Positions 1 to 9,077 of a DNA stretch of 64,000 nucleotides are shown here, piece by piece. A program made the position numbers and the translations under genes. Origin of the DNA: an uncultured Chloroflexia bacterium (GTDB lineage Bacteria > Chloroflexota > Limnocylindria > Limnocylindrales > CSP1-4). Where the stretch lies: NCBI GenBank assembly GCA_963742075.1, contig CAVUKR010000002.1, positions 8,057-72,056 of the forward strand, given 5' to 3'. Position 1 is the first letter of the stretch. Each line of letters begins with the position of its first letter. Under the pieces are notes generated by a model. The model was not told where the DNA came from. It was given only the letters and a program-made list of their open reading frames with translations, and ran no database searches.

Positions 1-345
1 GGCGAGGAGCGCCATGCCCCAGGCGCCGCCCTCGCCCGCGGCGCCGGGGATGCTGACCGGGATGCCGAGAGCACCGGCCATGATGCGCTGGCCCGTGTCC
101 CCGCCCCGGAAGAAGCCGCCGTGGCCGCGGATCTCCTCGATCGCGACCTCCTCGTCGAGGGTGAGGATGTCCAGGCCGCTCCGCATCGCGCAGAGCGAGG
201 CGAGGAGCATCGCCCGCATGAAGTTCTCGAGGGTGAAGGCGCTGTCCGGCCTGCGGACGAACAGGGGCCGCCATCGGCGAACCCGGTCTGGTGCTCGCCC
301 GAGACGTAGTTGATCGAGAGCAGGCCGCCGGCGTCCGGGTCCCCG
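1..345 (-). pseudogene. FGGY-family sugar kinase (ribulokinase/AraB-like), C-terminal part; open at window edge; internally frameshifted
   Basis: Own minus-strand translation: ...[28 protein letters not shown] then, one frame over, [89 protein letters not shown]. This is a typical FGGY C-terminal domain. The two halves join at the G4 run 264-267, which is one base short of keeping frame. It is absent from the ORF track because it has no start inside the window. Confidence 0.55.
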
Positions 346-363
346 CGAGAGCGAGCGGAAGGA

Positions 364-591
364 GGCGCCGACGCAGTCCTCCGTCGCGGAGGCGGCCACG
401 CAGGCAGCCCTGATCCCGTCGGGGGACGTCACGACGGGTTTGGACACCACCCGGACGGGCACGGAGGCCGTGTCGTCCAGGCCGGCCGCGATCTGCGCGG
501 CGTGGTCGGCGACCTGCCGGAGGGTGTCCTCGCCGTACAGGTCCTGGCTGCCGGTGAGGAACCAGACCTCGTACTCGCCGAGGGGCTTCAT
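364..591 (-). pseudogene. araA: L-arabinose isomerase N-terminal remnant (about 76 codons only)
   Basis: ATG at 591-589 preceded by [40 protein letters not shown]...ATEDCVGA matches the AraA N-terminus. The expected W(M/L)HTFSPAKMW continuation is absent in all three frames, and the sequence runs directly into the kinase tail. Confidence 0.6.
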
Positions 592-646
592 GCGTTCGTG
601 CCTCCATCAGGGGTGGGCCGGCGCTCCGCCCGGTCCCGCCCCCCAC

Positions 647-717
647 ATCATGGGCCACTCTCACGCCAGTAGAATGGCGCCCCACCGCATCGATACCGCC
701 GTTGCGACCGTCCGCGC
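647..717 (+). promoter_or_regulatory. Putative promoter (ATCATG-17 nt-TAGAAT) plus conserved leader, copy 1, upstream of abfA
   Basis: The core cagTAGAATggcgccccacNNcatcgataccgccgtNgcgaccgtcc is nearly identical to 2287-2358. The -10-like TAGAAT lies at 670-675 and ATCATG sits exactly 17 nt upstream in both copies. Confidence 0.4.
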
Positions 718-743
718 GTCCACCGCCTCAGGAGGAACCACGC

Positions 744-2270
744 TTGGCTGACGCGCGCGTCGTGATCGACCCGACGGCGGTGCTCGGCGATGTGGATCCG
801 CGGCTCTTCGGTGGGTTCATCGAGCACATGGGCCGGGCCATCTACGGCGGCATCTACGAGCCCGGGCACCCGACCGCGGACGCCGCCGGCTGGCGCCGCG
901 ACGTCGTCGACCTCGTCCGGCGACTCGGCGTCTCGATCGTCCGATATCCCGGAGGGAACTTCGTCTCGGGATACGACTGGGAGGACGGCATCGGCCCGCG
1001 AGCGGCGCGGCCGACGCGCCTCGACCTCGCCTGGCGCTCGATCGAGCCGAACCTCGTCGGCACGGACGACTTCATCGACTGGACGCGACTCGTCGGCGTC
1101 GAGCCGATGCTCGCCGTCAACCTCGGCACGCATGGTCCCGAGGCAGCACGGAACCTCGTCGAGTACTGCAATGCGCCGGTCGGGGCGCAGTACGCGGATC
1201 GTCGCGCGGCCAACGGGCATCCCGAACCCCACCACGTGCCCGTGTGGTGCCTCGGCAACGAAATGGACGGGCCCTGGCAGATCGGGCACACGACCGCCGC
1301 CGACTATGGTCGTCTGGCCGCCGACGCCGGCGCGGCGATGCGGCTGGTCGATCCCTCGATCCAGCTTGTGGCCTGCGGGAGCTCGGGGTCGACGATGCCA
1401 ACCTTCGGTTCGTGGGAGGAGACGGTCCTCGACCTGGCGTGGGACGTGACCGACCACCTCTCGTTGCACCACTACGTGGATCCGGCGGCATTCGAGACGA
1501 TCGGTGCATACCTGGCCAGTCCGGCGGAGCTCGAGCGCATGATCGACAGGGTCACGACGATCGTGGACGCCGCCGGCGAGCGGCGCGGGAGCGAGCGAGG
1601 GATCGGCCTCAGCATCGACGAATGGAATGTCTGGCATTTCTCGGAGCATCAGGCCCGCGAAGACCCGACCGGACCGTTCCGACGTGCCCCCGCGATCGCG
1701 GAAGACTCCCAGGACGTGGCAGACGCACTCGTCGTCGGGGGCCTCCTGATCGCCATGCTCCGCCACGTCGACCGGGTCCGGATCGCTTGTCTCGCGCAGC
1801 TGGTGAACGTCATCCCCGCCATCCGGACGGTTGATGGCGGACCGGCCTGGTTCCAGACCTCCGCCTGGGTGTTTGCCGATGCCGCTCGCACGACCGGCGG
1901 TCTCACGCTCCGCGTGGACGTGGACGGGCCGACCTACCCGGTAGATGGACGGGGGGTCGTCGAGGGGATCGACCTCGTTGCCGTTCTCGATCGCGTGACC
2001 GCCGGGGTGACCGTCCTCGCGGTCAATCGCCTGGAGCGGGCAGTGGCGCTCGCGGTGACCTGGCGAGGTGATGGTGCACTCGGGGTCGCGGACCATCGGG
2101 CGCTCGTCGCGTCGGATCTCGGTGCCACGAATACGGTCGACCACCCGGATCGCGTCCGGCCCGTCGCGATCCGGGACCGGATGGGGTCGGATCGGACGCC
2201 TCGCCTCGTCGTCGATCTCCCCGCGCAGTCATGGAACGCGATCGAGCTGGTGGCATCCCCGGAATCCTGA
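744..2270 (+). CDS. abfA: alpha-L-arabinofuranosidase, GH51
   Basis: FGGFIEHMGRAIYGGIYEPGHP, VRYPGGNFVSGYDWEDGIGP and VWCLGNEMDGPWQIGH are GH51 hallmarks. TTG at 744 lies 7 nt after GGAGGA (731-736). The ORF-track start at 702 would sit inside the leader. Confidence 0.88.
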   Translation: MADARVVIDPTAVLGDVDPRLFGGFIEHMGRAIYGGIYEPGHPTADAAGWRRDVVDLVRRLGVSIVRYPGGNFVSGYDWEDGIGPRAARPTRLDLAWRSIEPNLVGTDDFIDWTRLVGVEPMLAVNLGTHGPEAARNLVEYCNAPVGAQYADRRAANGHPEPHHVPVWCLGNEMDGPWQIGHTTAADYGRLAADAGAAMRLVDPSIQLVACGSSGSTMPTFGSWEETVLDLAWDVTDHLSLHHYVDPAAFETIGAYLASPAELERMIDRVTTIVDAAGERRGSERGIGLSIDEWNVWHFSEHQAREDPTGPFRRAPAIAEDSQDVADALVVGGLLIAMLRHVDRVRIACLAQLVNVIPAIRTVDGGPAWFQTSAWVFADAARTTGGLTLRVDVDGPTYPVDGRGVVEGIDLVAVLDRVTAGVTVLAVNRLERAVALAVTWRGDGALGVADHRALVASDLGATNTVDHPDRVRPVAIRDRMGSDRTPRLVVDLPAQSWNAIELVASPES

Positions 2271-2286
2271 CCACAGGCGTTTCCTG

Positions 2287-2358
2287 ATCATGAGCCCAGC
2301 CGGCGACAGTAGAATGGCGCCCCACGACATCGATACCGCCGTCGCGACCGTCCCGCGC
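2287..2358 (+). promoter_or_regulatory. Putative promoter plus conserved leader, copy 2, upstream of the dimethylglycine-oxidase-like gene
   Basis: Same ATCATG-17 nt-TAGAAT (2310-2315) architecture and about 50 nt of near-identical downstream sequence as 647-717. Confidence 0.4.
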
Positions 2359-2381
2359 GACCACGGCTCAAGGAGGATCGA

Positions 2382-4900
2382 TTGAGCACGCAACCCGGTG
2401 CCGCGCGGGTCGTCGTCATCGGCGCCGGCATCGTCGGCAACAGCCTCGTCTACCACCTCGCCCGGCTGGGCTGGACGGACATCGTCCAGATCGAGAAGGG
2501 ACCGCTCCCGAACCCGGGCGGCTCGACCGGCCATGCCTCGAACTTCATCTTCCTGACCGACCACTCGCGCGAGATGACGAAGCTGACGGCCGACAGCGTC
2601 GAGCAGTACAAGGAGCTCGGCGTGTTCACCCAGAGCGGCGGGATCGAGGTCGCCCGGACGCCCGAGCGGATGGAGGAGCTCAAGCGCCGGATGGCGTCGT
2701 CGCGCTCGTGGGGGATCGAGGCGGAGCTCGTGACGCCCGAGCAGGTCAAGGCGATGGTCCCGTACATCAACGCCGACATCATCCTCGGTGGCTTCTCGAC
2801 GCCCGGGATCGGCGTCGTCGACTCGCTCCGCGCGGGCACGCTCATGCGCGAGCGGGCGCAGGCGCTCGGCGCTCTGCGGCTGTCGCCGATGACCGAGGTC
2901 ACCGGCATCGACGTCGAGGACGGCCATGTCACCCGCGTCCGGACCGACAAGGGCGACTTCGAGGCCGACATCGTCGTCATCGCCGCCGGCGTCTGGAGCC
3001 CGCGCCTCGCGGCGATGGCCGGCGCCGAGATCCCGCTCACCCCCGCGGTCCACCAGATGATCAGCGTCGGTCCCGTCCCACTGCTGTCGACGACACCGTC
3101 GGCGAGATCACCTACCCGATCGTCCGCGACATGGACACCAACATGTACGAGCGCCAGCACGGCGGCGACATGGAGGTGGGCTCGTACGCCCACCGGGCCA
3201 TCCTGATGGACGCCGACGAGATCCCCTCGATCGCCGAATCGAAGCTGTCGCCGACCGAGCTGCCGTTCACCCAGGAGGACTTCGAGCTCCAGATGGAGCA
3301 GGGCCTCGAGCTGATCCCGGACATCCTGGGCGACGAGCGTGTCGGCATCCGGCACGCGATCAACGGCCTCCTGTCGCTCACCCCCGACGGCATGCCGATC
3401 CTCGGCGAGACGCCCGAGGTCAAGGGCCTCTGGGCGTGCTCGGCGATCTGGATCAAGGAGGCGCCCGGGATCGCCCGGATGGTCGCCGAGTGGATGACCG
3501 ACGGGAAGCCCGAGATCGACCCGCACAGCTCGGACATCGCCCGCTTCCACGCCCACCAGAAGGCCCGCCACCACGTCAAGGCGCGCTCGGCCGAGGGCTT
3601 CAACAAGACCTACGGCATCGTCCATCCCGCCGAGCAGTGGGAGAGCAACCGGAACGTGCGGCTGAGCCCGTTCAACCCCCGGGAGCGCGAGCTCGGCGCG
3701 GTCTTCTTCGAGACGGCGGGCTGGGAGCGGCCGTTCTGGTACGCCTCCAATGCCCCGCTCCTCGAGGAGTACGGCGACCGCGTGATGCCGCGGACCGCGG
3801 AGTGGGAATCGCGCTGGTGGTCGCCGATCATCAACGCCGAGCACCTCGCCATGCGCGACCGAGTCGGCATGGTCGACCTCTCCGCCTTCGCGATCTTCGA
3901 CATCACCGGACCGGGAGCCCTCGACCACGTCCAGAGGATGGCCGTCGCCCAGATGGACGTGCCCGTCGGTCGTGTCGTCTACACGCCGCTCCTCAACGAG
4001 GCAGGCGGGATCAAGTCGGACCTGACGATCATGCGCCTGGGGAAGGACCACTTCCGGGTGGTGACCGGCGGCGCGCACGGGATGGGTGACCGCAAGTGGT
4101 TCATCGACCACCTGCCGGCAGACGGCTCCGCCCAGCTGTACGACGCCACGTCGACCTGGTGCACGGCCGGGATCTGGGGGCCGCGGGCCCGGGACGTGGT
4201 CGCCTCGGCGACCTCGGACGACGTCTCGAATGCCGGCTTCCCGTTCGGGACGGCGCGCACGATCGAGCTCGGCGGCATCCCCGTGCTCGCATCGCGGATC
4301 TCCTATGTCGGCGAGCTCGGCTGGGAGCTCTACGTCCCGATGGAGCAGGGCGCCCGGCTGTGGGACACGCTCGCCGAGGCCGGCCGTCCGCACGGCATCG
4401 TGCCGTTCGGGATCGGCGTCTACGGCACGACCGGGCGGCTCGAGAAGGGCTACCGGGCGCACGGCGCGGAGCTCGAGCTCGAGTTCGACCTGGTCGAGGC
4501 GGACATGCTCCGGCCGAAGGTCAAGGAGGCCGACTTCATCGGCCGGACCGCGTACCTCGACCAGCGGTCGCGGCCGCCGGTCGCCACTCTCTGCACGCTC
4601 ACGGTCGACGACAACACATCGGCGGGTGGCGTCAAGCGCTACATGCTCGGGCGCGAGCCGATCCTGACCGTCGACGGCGGCCCGATCACCGACGCCAAGG
4701 GCCGTCGCTCGTTCGTGACCAGCGCGGGCTCGGGGCCGTCGGTCGGCAAGCACATCCTGCTGTCGTACCTGCCGCCGGAGCAGGCCGTCGCCGGCACGAA
4801 GCTGCTCGTCGAGTACTTCGGCGAGCGCTACCCGGTGACCGTCGCGGTCGTCGGATCGACCCCGCTGTTCGACCCCGACAACAGCCGCGTCCGCGCCTGA
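2382..4900 (+). pseudogene. Dimethylglycine/sarcosine oxidase-dehydrogenase-like flavoprotein (FAD DAO domain fused to GcvT aminomethyltransferase fold); one frameshift near 3086
   Basis: TTG at 2382 after AGGAGGA. VVVIGAGIVGNSLVYHLA is a dinucleotide-binding motif. The frame of 2382 reads to ...HQMISVGPVPLL. The frame of ORF 2708..4900 continues DDTVGEITYPIVRDMDTNMYERQHGG through to the GcvT-like C-terminus (ISYVGELGWELYVP). The -1 shift lies at about 3086-3092. Confidence 0.8.
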
Positions 4901-4901
4901 C

Positions 4902-5672
4902 ATGGACGTCCTGGTCTGCGTCAAGCGGGTCCCCGCGACGGCCGGCAAGATCACGCTCACCGCCGACGAGCAGGCGATCGACACCCGCTATCTCGGGTTC
5001 ACCGTCAGCCCGCACGAGGAGTGTGCGGTCGAGGAAGCGGTCCAGCTGATCGAGGCCCACGGCGGGACGAGCACGGTCCTGACTCTCGGCCCCGACGAGG
5101 CGACCGACCAGCTCCGCGAGGCGATGGCGGTCGGCATCGACCGGGCCATCCTCCTCCAGACCGACGGCGGCGAGTGGGACGCGACCGCCACGGCGGCCGC
5201 CATCACCGACGCGATCCGGGCGCGCGAGGCGGCCGACGGTCCGTTCGACCTGATCCTGCTCGGCAACGAGGCGGCCGACACCGGCGACTACCAGGTCGGG
5301 GTCCGGGTCGCGGTCGCGCTCGACCGGCCGGTCGTGTCCGGTGCCAAAGGCATCGAGGTCCGGGACGACGGCGTCGTCGTCCGTCGCGAGGCACCCGGCG
5401 GCGGCTGGGAGGTCTACGAGATCCCGCGCCCGGCGGTCGTGACCGTCAAGGAGGGGATCAACCTGCCGCGCTACCCGTCGGTGCCGGGCCGGCTGCGGGC
5501 CCGCAAGAAGGAGATCGAGACGGTGGCGCTCGGCGCGGCCGCGGCCGCGCCGGCCAGGATCCGGCTGCGCGTGCCGGCCGAGAAGGAGAGTGCCGTCGAG
5601 ATCCTCGGCGAGGGACCCGAGGCGGCTCCGCGCGTGGTCGACGTGTTCAAGCGCCTGGGGCTCCTCGCATGA
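4902..5672 (+). CDS. etfB: electron transfer flavoprotein, beta subunit
   Basis: MDVLVCVKRVPATAGKITL..., LILLGNEAADTGDYQVG and PRYPSVPGRLRARKKEI are typical EtfB sequence. It starts 2 nt after the upstream stop. Confidence 0.9.
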   Translation: MDVLVCVKRVPATAGKITLTADEQAIDTRYLGFTVSPHEECAVEEAVQLIEAHGGTSTVLTLGPDEATDQLREAMAVGIDRAILLQTDGGEWDATATAAAITDAIRAREAADGPFDLILLGNEAADTGDYQVGVRVAVALDRPVVSGAKGIEVRDDGVVVRREAPGGGWEVYEIPRPAVVTVKEGINLPRYPSVPGRLRARKKEIETVALGAAAAAPARIRLRVPAEKESAVEILGEGPEAAPRVVDVFKRLGLLA

Positions 5673-6637
5673 TCCTCGTCGTCGTGGAGCACGAGGCCGG
5701 GGCGCCCGACCGGCTGTCCAGCGAGGCCCTGACACTGGGCCGCGGCCTGGCCACATCGACCGGCGAGCCGCTCCACGCGGTCGCCTGGGGCCCCGGCGCG
5801 ACCGGGATCGCAGGCGCCCTCGGGTCGGCCGGCGTGACGGTCCTCCATGCGATCGAGGACCCGCGGCTCGACGACTACGCCCCGGAGGCGATCGGACATG
5901 GCCTCGCCCAGCTGATCGAGCGCGAGCGTCCGACGGCCGTCGTCGGCCCGGGCAGCGAACGCGGCGCCGAGGTGATGGCCCACGCCGCGGCGCGGACCGG
6001 GCTGCCGCTGACGGCCAGTTGCACGGAGGTCCGCCCCGGCGACGCGTGGACCGCGACGCGCCAGCGGTGGGGTGGCAGCCTGCTCGAAGAGGCCCGGCTC
6101 GACGGCCCGATCCGCCTCCTCACCGTGGCACCACACGCCCTCGAGCCCGCGCCGGCGCCCGCGCCGGGCCAGGTCGCGGTGCAGCCATTCGCGCCCGACC
6201 TGACCGATCGTGACTTCCGGGTGCGGATCACCTCGCGCGTCCCGGCCGAGGCCGGGAGGATCTCGCTGGCCGACGCCCGCGTGGTCGTCGGCGGTGGCCG
6301 CGGCGTCGGCAGCGCCGAGGCGTTCGCGGAGCTCGACGAGCTCGCCGCGCTGCTCGGCGGCGCCGTCGGCGTGTCCCGCGTCGTCACGTCGGCGGGCTGG
6401 CGGCCGCACGCCCAGCAGGTCGGCCAGACCGGGACCCGGATCGCGCCCGACCTGTACATCGCGTGCGGCATCAGCGGGGCCATCCAGCACATCGTCGGCT
6501 GCCGGTCGGCCAAGGCGATCCTGGCCATCAACACCGACCGCGACGCCCCGATGGTGACGCGAGCCACCTACGCCGTGATCGGCGACCTCCACGCCGTGCT
6601 CCCGGCGATCATCTCGGAGGTCCGGGCGGCTCGCTAG
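5669..6637 (+). CDS. etfA: electron transfer flavoprotein, alpha subunit
   Basis: In-frame ATG at 5669 overlaps the etfB stop (ATGA). The C-terminal FAD-binding block reads VVVGGGRGVGSAE...QVGQTGTRIAPDLYIACGISGAIQH. Confidence 0.9.
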   Translation: MILVVVEHEAGAPDRLSSEALTLGRGLATSTGEPLHAVAWGPGATGIAGALGSAGVTVLHAIEDPRLDDYAPEAIGHGLAQLIERERPTAVVGPGSERGAEVMAHAAARTGLPLTASCTEVRPGDAWTATRQRWGGSLLEEARLDGPIRLLTVAPHALEPAPAPAPGQVAVQPFAPDLTDRDFRVRITSRVPAEAGRISLADARVVVGGGRGVGSAEAFAELDELAALLGGAVGVSRVVTSAGWRPHAQQVGQTGTRIAPDLYIACGISGAIQHIVGCRSAKAILAINTDRDAPMVTRATYAVIGDLHAVLPAIISEVRAAR

Positions 6638-6734
6638 GACGTGGCCGTGGTGCCGTGTCGCACCGACCGACGTGGCGCCGTGCACGCCGAGGACCCTCGA
6701 GCCATCGTTTTGGCGACCATCGTTTGCAGCATGG

Positions 6735-6754
6735 CGGCCGCCAAAGGGCGGCCG
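6735..6754. terminator. GC-rich hairpin between convergent etfA and SulP genes
   Basis: cggccgcc-aaag-ggcggccg gives an 8-bp stem. It is flanked by the only T-rich stretch in the spacer (ccatcgtttt...ccatcgttt). There is no clear U-tract. Confidence 0.3.
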
Positions 6755-6760
6755 ACCCGA

Positions 6761-8507
6761 TCACGGCGCCGGTCTCCTGACGCCGGGCGCGGCGCCCTCC
6801 TCCCAATCGGTCCACGTCTCGCCCGACGCCCGCAGGTAGCCGGTCACCGCGGTCCCGACCGTCGGGAAGATCCGCTCGTCCGGCACGCGCGCCAGCGCGC
6901 CATACCGATGCAGCTTGGCGCGGATCGGGTCCTTGAGCTCGGCGAACCCGAACGTGATGTCCCTGGCCGCGAGCTCGTCGACCAGTTCGTCGAGCATGGT
7001 CGCGGCGGTCGTGTCGACGTCGGTGATCGGCTCGGCCGACACGATGACCCAGTGGACCGGCTCCTGCGACTCGGCGACCCGCGCGCGGATCCGGTCGCGG
7101 AAGACGTCGGCGTTGGCGAAGAAGAGCGGCGCGTCGAATCGGAACAGGATCAGCCCGGGGACCTGCCTCGCATCCGGGTAGTAGGTCAGGTCGTGGTAGC
7201 CCTTGACGCCGTCGGCGCGTCCGAGGACCGCGTCGTGCGGCTGCCAGGCCCGCCGGATGAACTCGAGCAGCGAGAGGCCCACCGCGAGGAAGACGCCCGG
7301 GATGACGCCGATCAGGGCGACGCCCGCGAAGCTGGTCATCGCCAGCCAGAACTCGGTCGTGCCGAGCCGCCAGAGGCGGACCATCGAGCCGACGTCGACC
7401 AATGACAGCGCCGCGACGATCACGACGGCCGCCAGGGCCGAGGTCGGCAGCGACGCCAGGAGCCCGGGCGCGACGACCAGCATCAGGGTGATGAGAAGCG
7501 CCCCGACCACGCCGGTGAGCTGGGTCCGGGCCCCGGCGGCCTCCGCGACCGGCGTCCGCGAGGCACTGCTGCTGACCGGCATCCCGGACAGGAGACCCGT
7601 CGCCAGGTTCGCCGCGCCGAGCGCGATGAACTCGCGATCCGGATCGACCTCCTCGCCCCGCCGGATGGCGAACGTGCGGGACAGCACGCTCGTGTCGGTG
7701 GCGGCCACGAGGGCGATCCCGAGCGCGGCGGGGACCACCGCGAACAGGTCGGAGACGGCCAGCGGCGGGAGCGTGACCGGGGGCAGACCGACCGGCAGCG
7801 GACCGACGACCGGGATCGAGGCCCTCGTCGCCAGATCGAACACCGAGCTCACGAGCGTGGCCCCGACGACCGCGACCAGGATCCCGGGAAAGGCCGGGCG
7901 CACGGCTCGAAGGACGAGGATGACGACGACGCAGACCAAGCCCGATCGCCAGCGAGACGGCGTTGGTCTCCCCGTCACGGACGCCGTTCACGAACGCGCT
8001 CAGCTCGTCGAACAGGCCACTCGTCGCGGCGGTGCTGAACCCGAACAGCCGGGGGAGCTGGCTGACGAGCACGATCAGCGCGATCCCGTTGAGATAGCCG
8101 TGCCGGACGGGCGCGGACAGGAGATCGGTCACGAAGCCGAGCCGTGCGACGCCGGCGGCGATGATCACCACCCCGACGACGAGCGCCAGCAACGCCCCGA
8201 TCGCGATCGCCCGCTCCTGGCTGCCGGCAGCGAGCGGGATGACGACCGCGGCGATCAACGGCAGCAGCGCGGAGTCGGGTCCGAGGACGAGGATGCGTGA
8301 CGGGCCGAGCGCCGCGTAGGCGAGGAGCGGCACGATCGTGGCGTACAGCCCGACGATCGCCGGCAGGCCTGACGCTTGCGCGTAGCCCATCCCGGCCGGC
8401 ACGAGGATCGCGGTCAGGACGACCCCGGCGAACAGGTCGTGCGGCAGGTCGGACCGCGGGTAGGTGCGGACCCAGCCCAGCGCCGGCAGGATCGACCGGG
8501 CGTCCAT
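6761..8507 (-). pseudogene. SulP-family anion transporter with C-terminal STAS domain; one frameshift near 7940
   Basis: ATG at 8507. The N-terminal half (MDARSILPALGWVRTYPRSDLPHDLFAGVV...AVSLAIGLGL) lies in the frame of ORF 6609..8720. The C-terminal half (VCVVVILVLRAV...STAS: LILFRFDAPLFFANADVF) lies in the frame of ORF 6761..7978. Confidence 0.8.
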
Positions 8508-8647
8508 CGCGGGAGTGTAGGCGCGCGGGTGGCCCGGGGGGTGACGGCCGTCTGGCCCGTCCGGCACGGGCCGATCGGACCTGTCCGGGCCACGGGGCGC
8601 CGGGCTACCGTCGGATCGACGTCGCTCTCGCACCAGGGATCCAACCG

Positions 8648-9076
8648 ATGCGTCCTCGCTCCCGCCTGCTCGTCCTCGCCGCAGCCGTGCTGCTCGCGGC
8701 GTGCTCCTCGGCCGCCGCACCGTCCGTCAGCGGTGCCTGGGCGCGACCGGCGGGCGCCGATGGTGTCAGCGCGGCCTATCTCACGATCACCGCCCCGTCC
8801 GGTGCCGCCGATGCCCTGCTGTCCGCGTCGAGCCCGGCCGCCGAGATGGTCGAGATCCACGCGACCTCGACCGACGGGAGCGGGATGACCGGCATGGACG
8901 CCGTCTCCCGGGTCGACATCCCCGCGGGCGGGTCGGTCGAGTTCAAGCCCGGCGGGCATCACCTCATGCTGATGGGCCTGACCGGCGCGCTGACGCCCGG
9001 CTCGAAGATCGAGCTCGATCTCGTCTTCGAACACGCGGGCAGGGTGGTGGTCCAGGCGGAGATCCGGGCGGGCTGA
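8648..9076 (+). CDS. periplasmic copper chaperone PCu(A)C (DUF461) lipoprotein
   Basis: Internal ATG at 8648. Signal plus lipobox LLAAC. Copper-binding context MVEIHATS...GMTGM...FKPGGHHLMLMGL. Confidence 0.8.
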   Translation: MRPRSRLLVLAAAVLLAACSSAAAPSVSGAWARPAGADGVSAAYLTITAPSGAADALLSASSPAAEMVEIHATSTDGSGMTGMDAVSRVDIPAGGSVEFKPGGHHLMLMGLTGALTPGSKIELDLVFEHAGRVVVQAEIRAG

Positions 9077-9077
9077 C

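Noticed and set aside
673-750. Conserved small ORF MAPH(R/D)IDTAVATV... starting at the ATG inside TAGAATGG, present in both leader copies (also 2313-2384).
   Set aside because: The ATG overlaps the -10-like hexamer, so it would lie upstream of the predicted transcription start. There is no Shine-Dalgarno sequence. The two copies lose frame relative to each other after 13 codons because of a 1-nt indel. Conservation is better explained at the DNA or RNA level.
2271-2381. Glycine, THF or other known riboswitch upstream of the DMGO-like gene, and likewise upstream of folC and the MetE-like gene.
   Set aside because: By eye I could not find the conserved cores of the glycine, THF, SAM or cobalamin riboswitch classes in these spacers. 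The MetE-like gene has only a 24-nt upstream spacer. A covariance-model scan would be needed for certainty.
2450-4984. Very long ORFs antisense or out of frame to recognised genes, e.g. 2450..4984(-), 648..2144(-), 14530..16068(+), 17237..19360(+), 35878..37365(-), 56571..59162(-), 52255..54618(+).
   Set aside because: Their products are low-complexity and Arg/Pro/Gly/Ala-rich, with no family resemblance. They mirror genes with clear homology on the other strand or frame. This is the expected stop-codon-poor shadow ORF effect in very GC-rich DNA.
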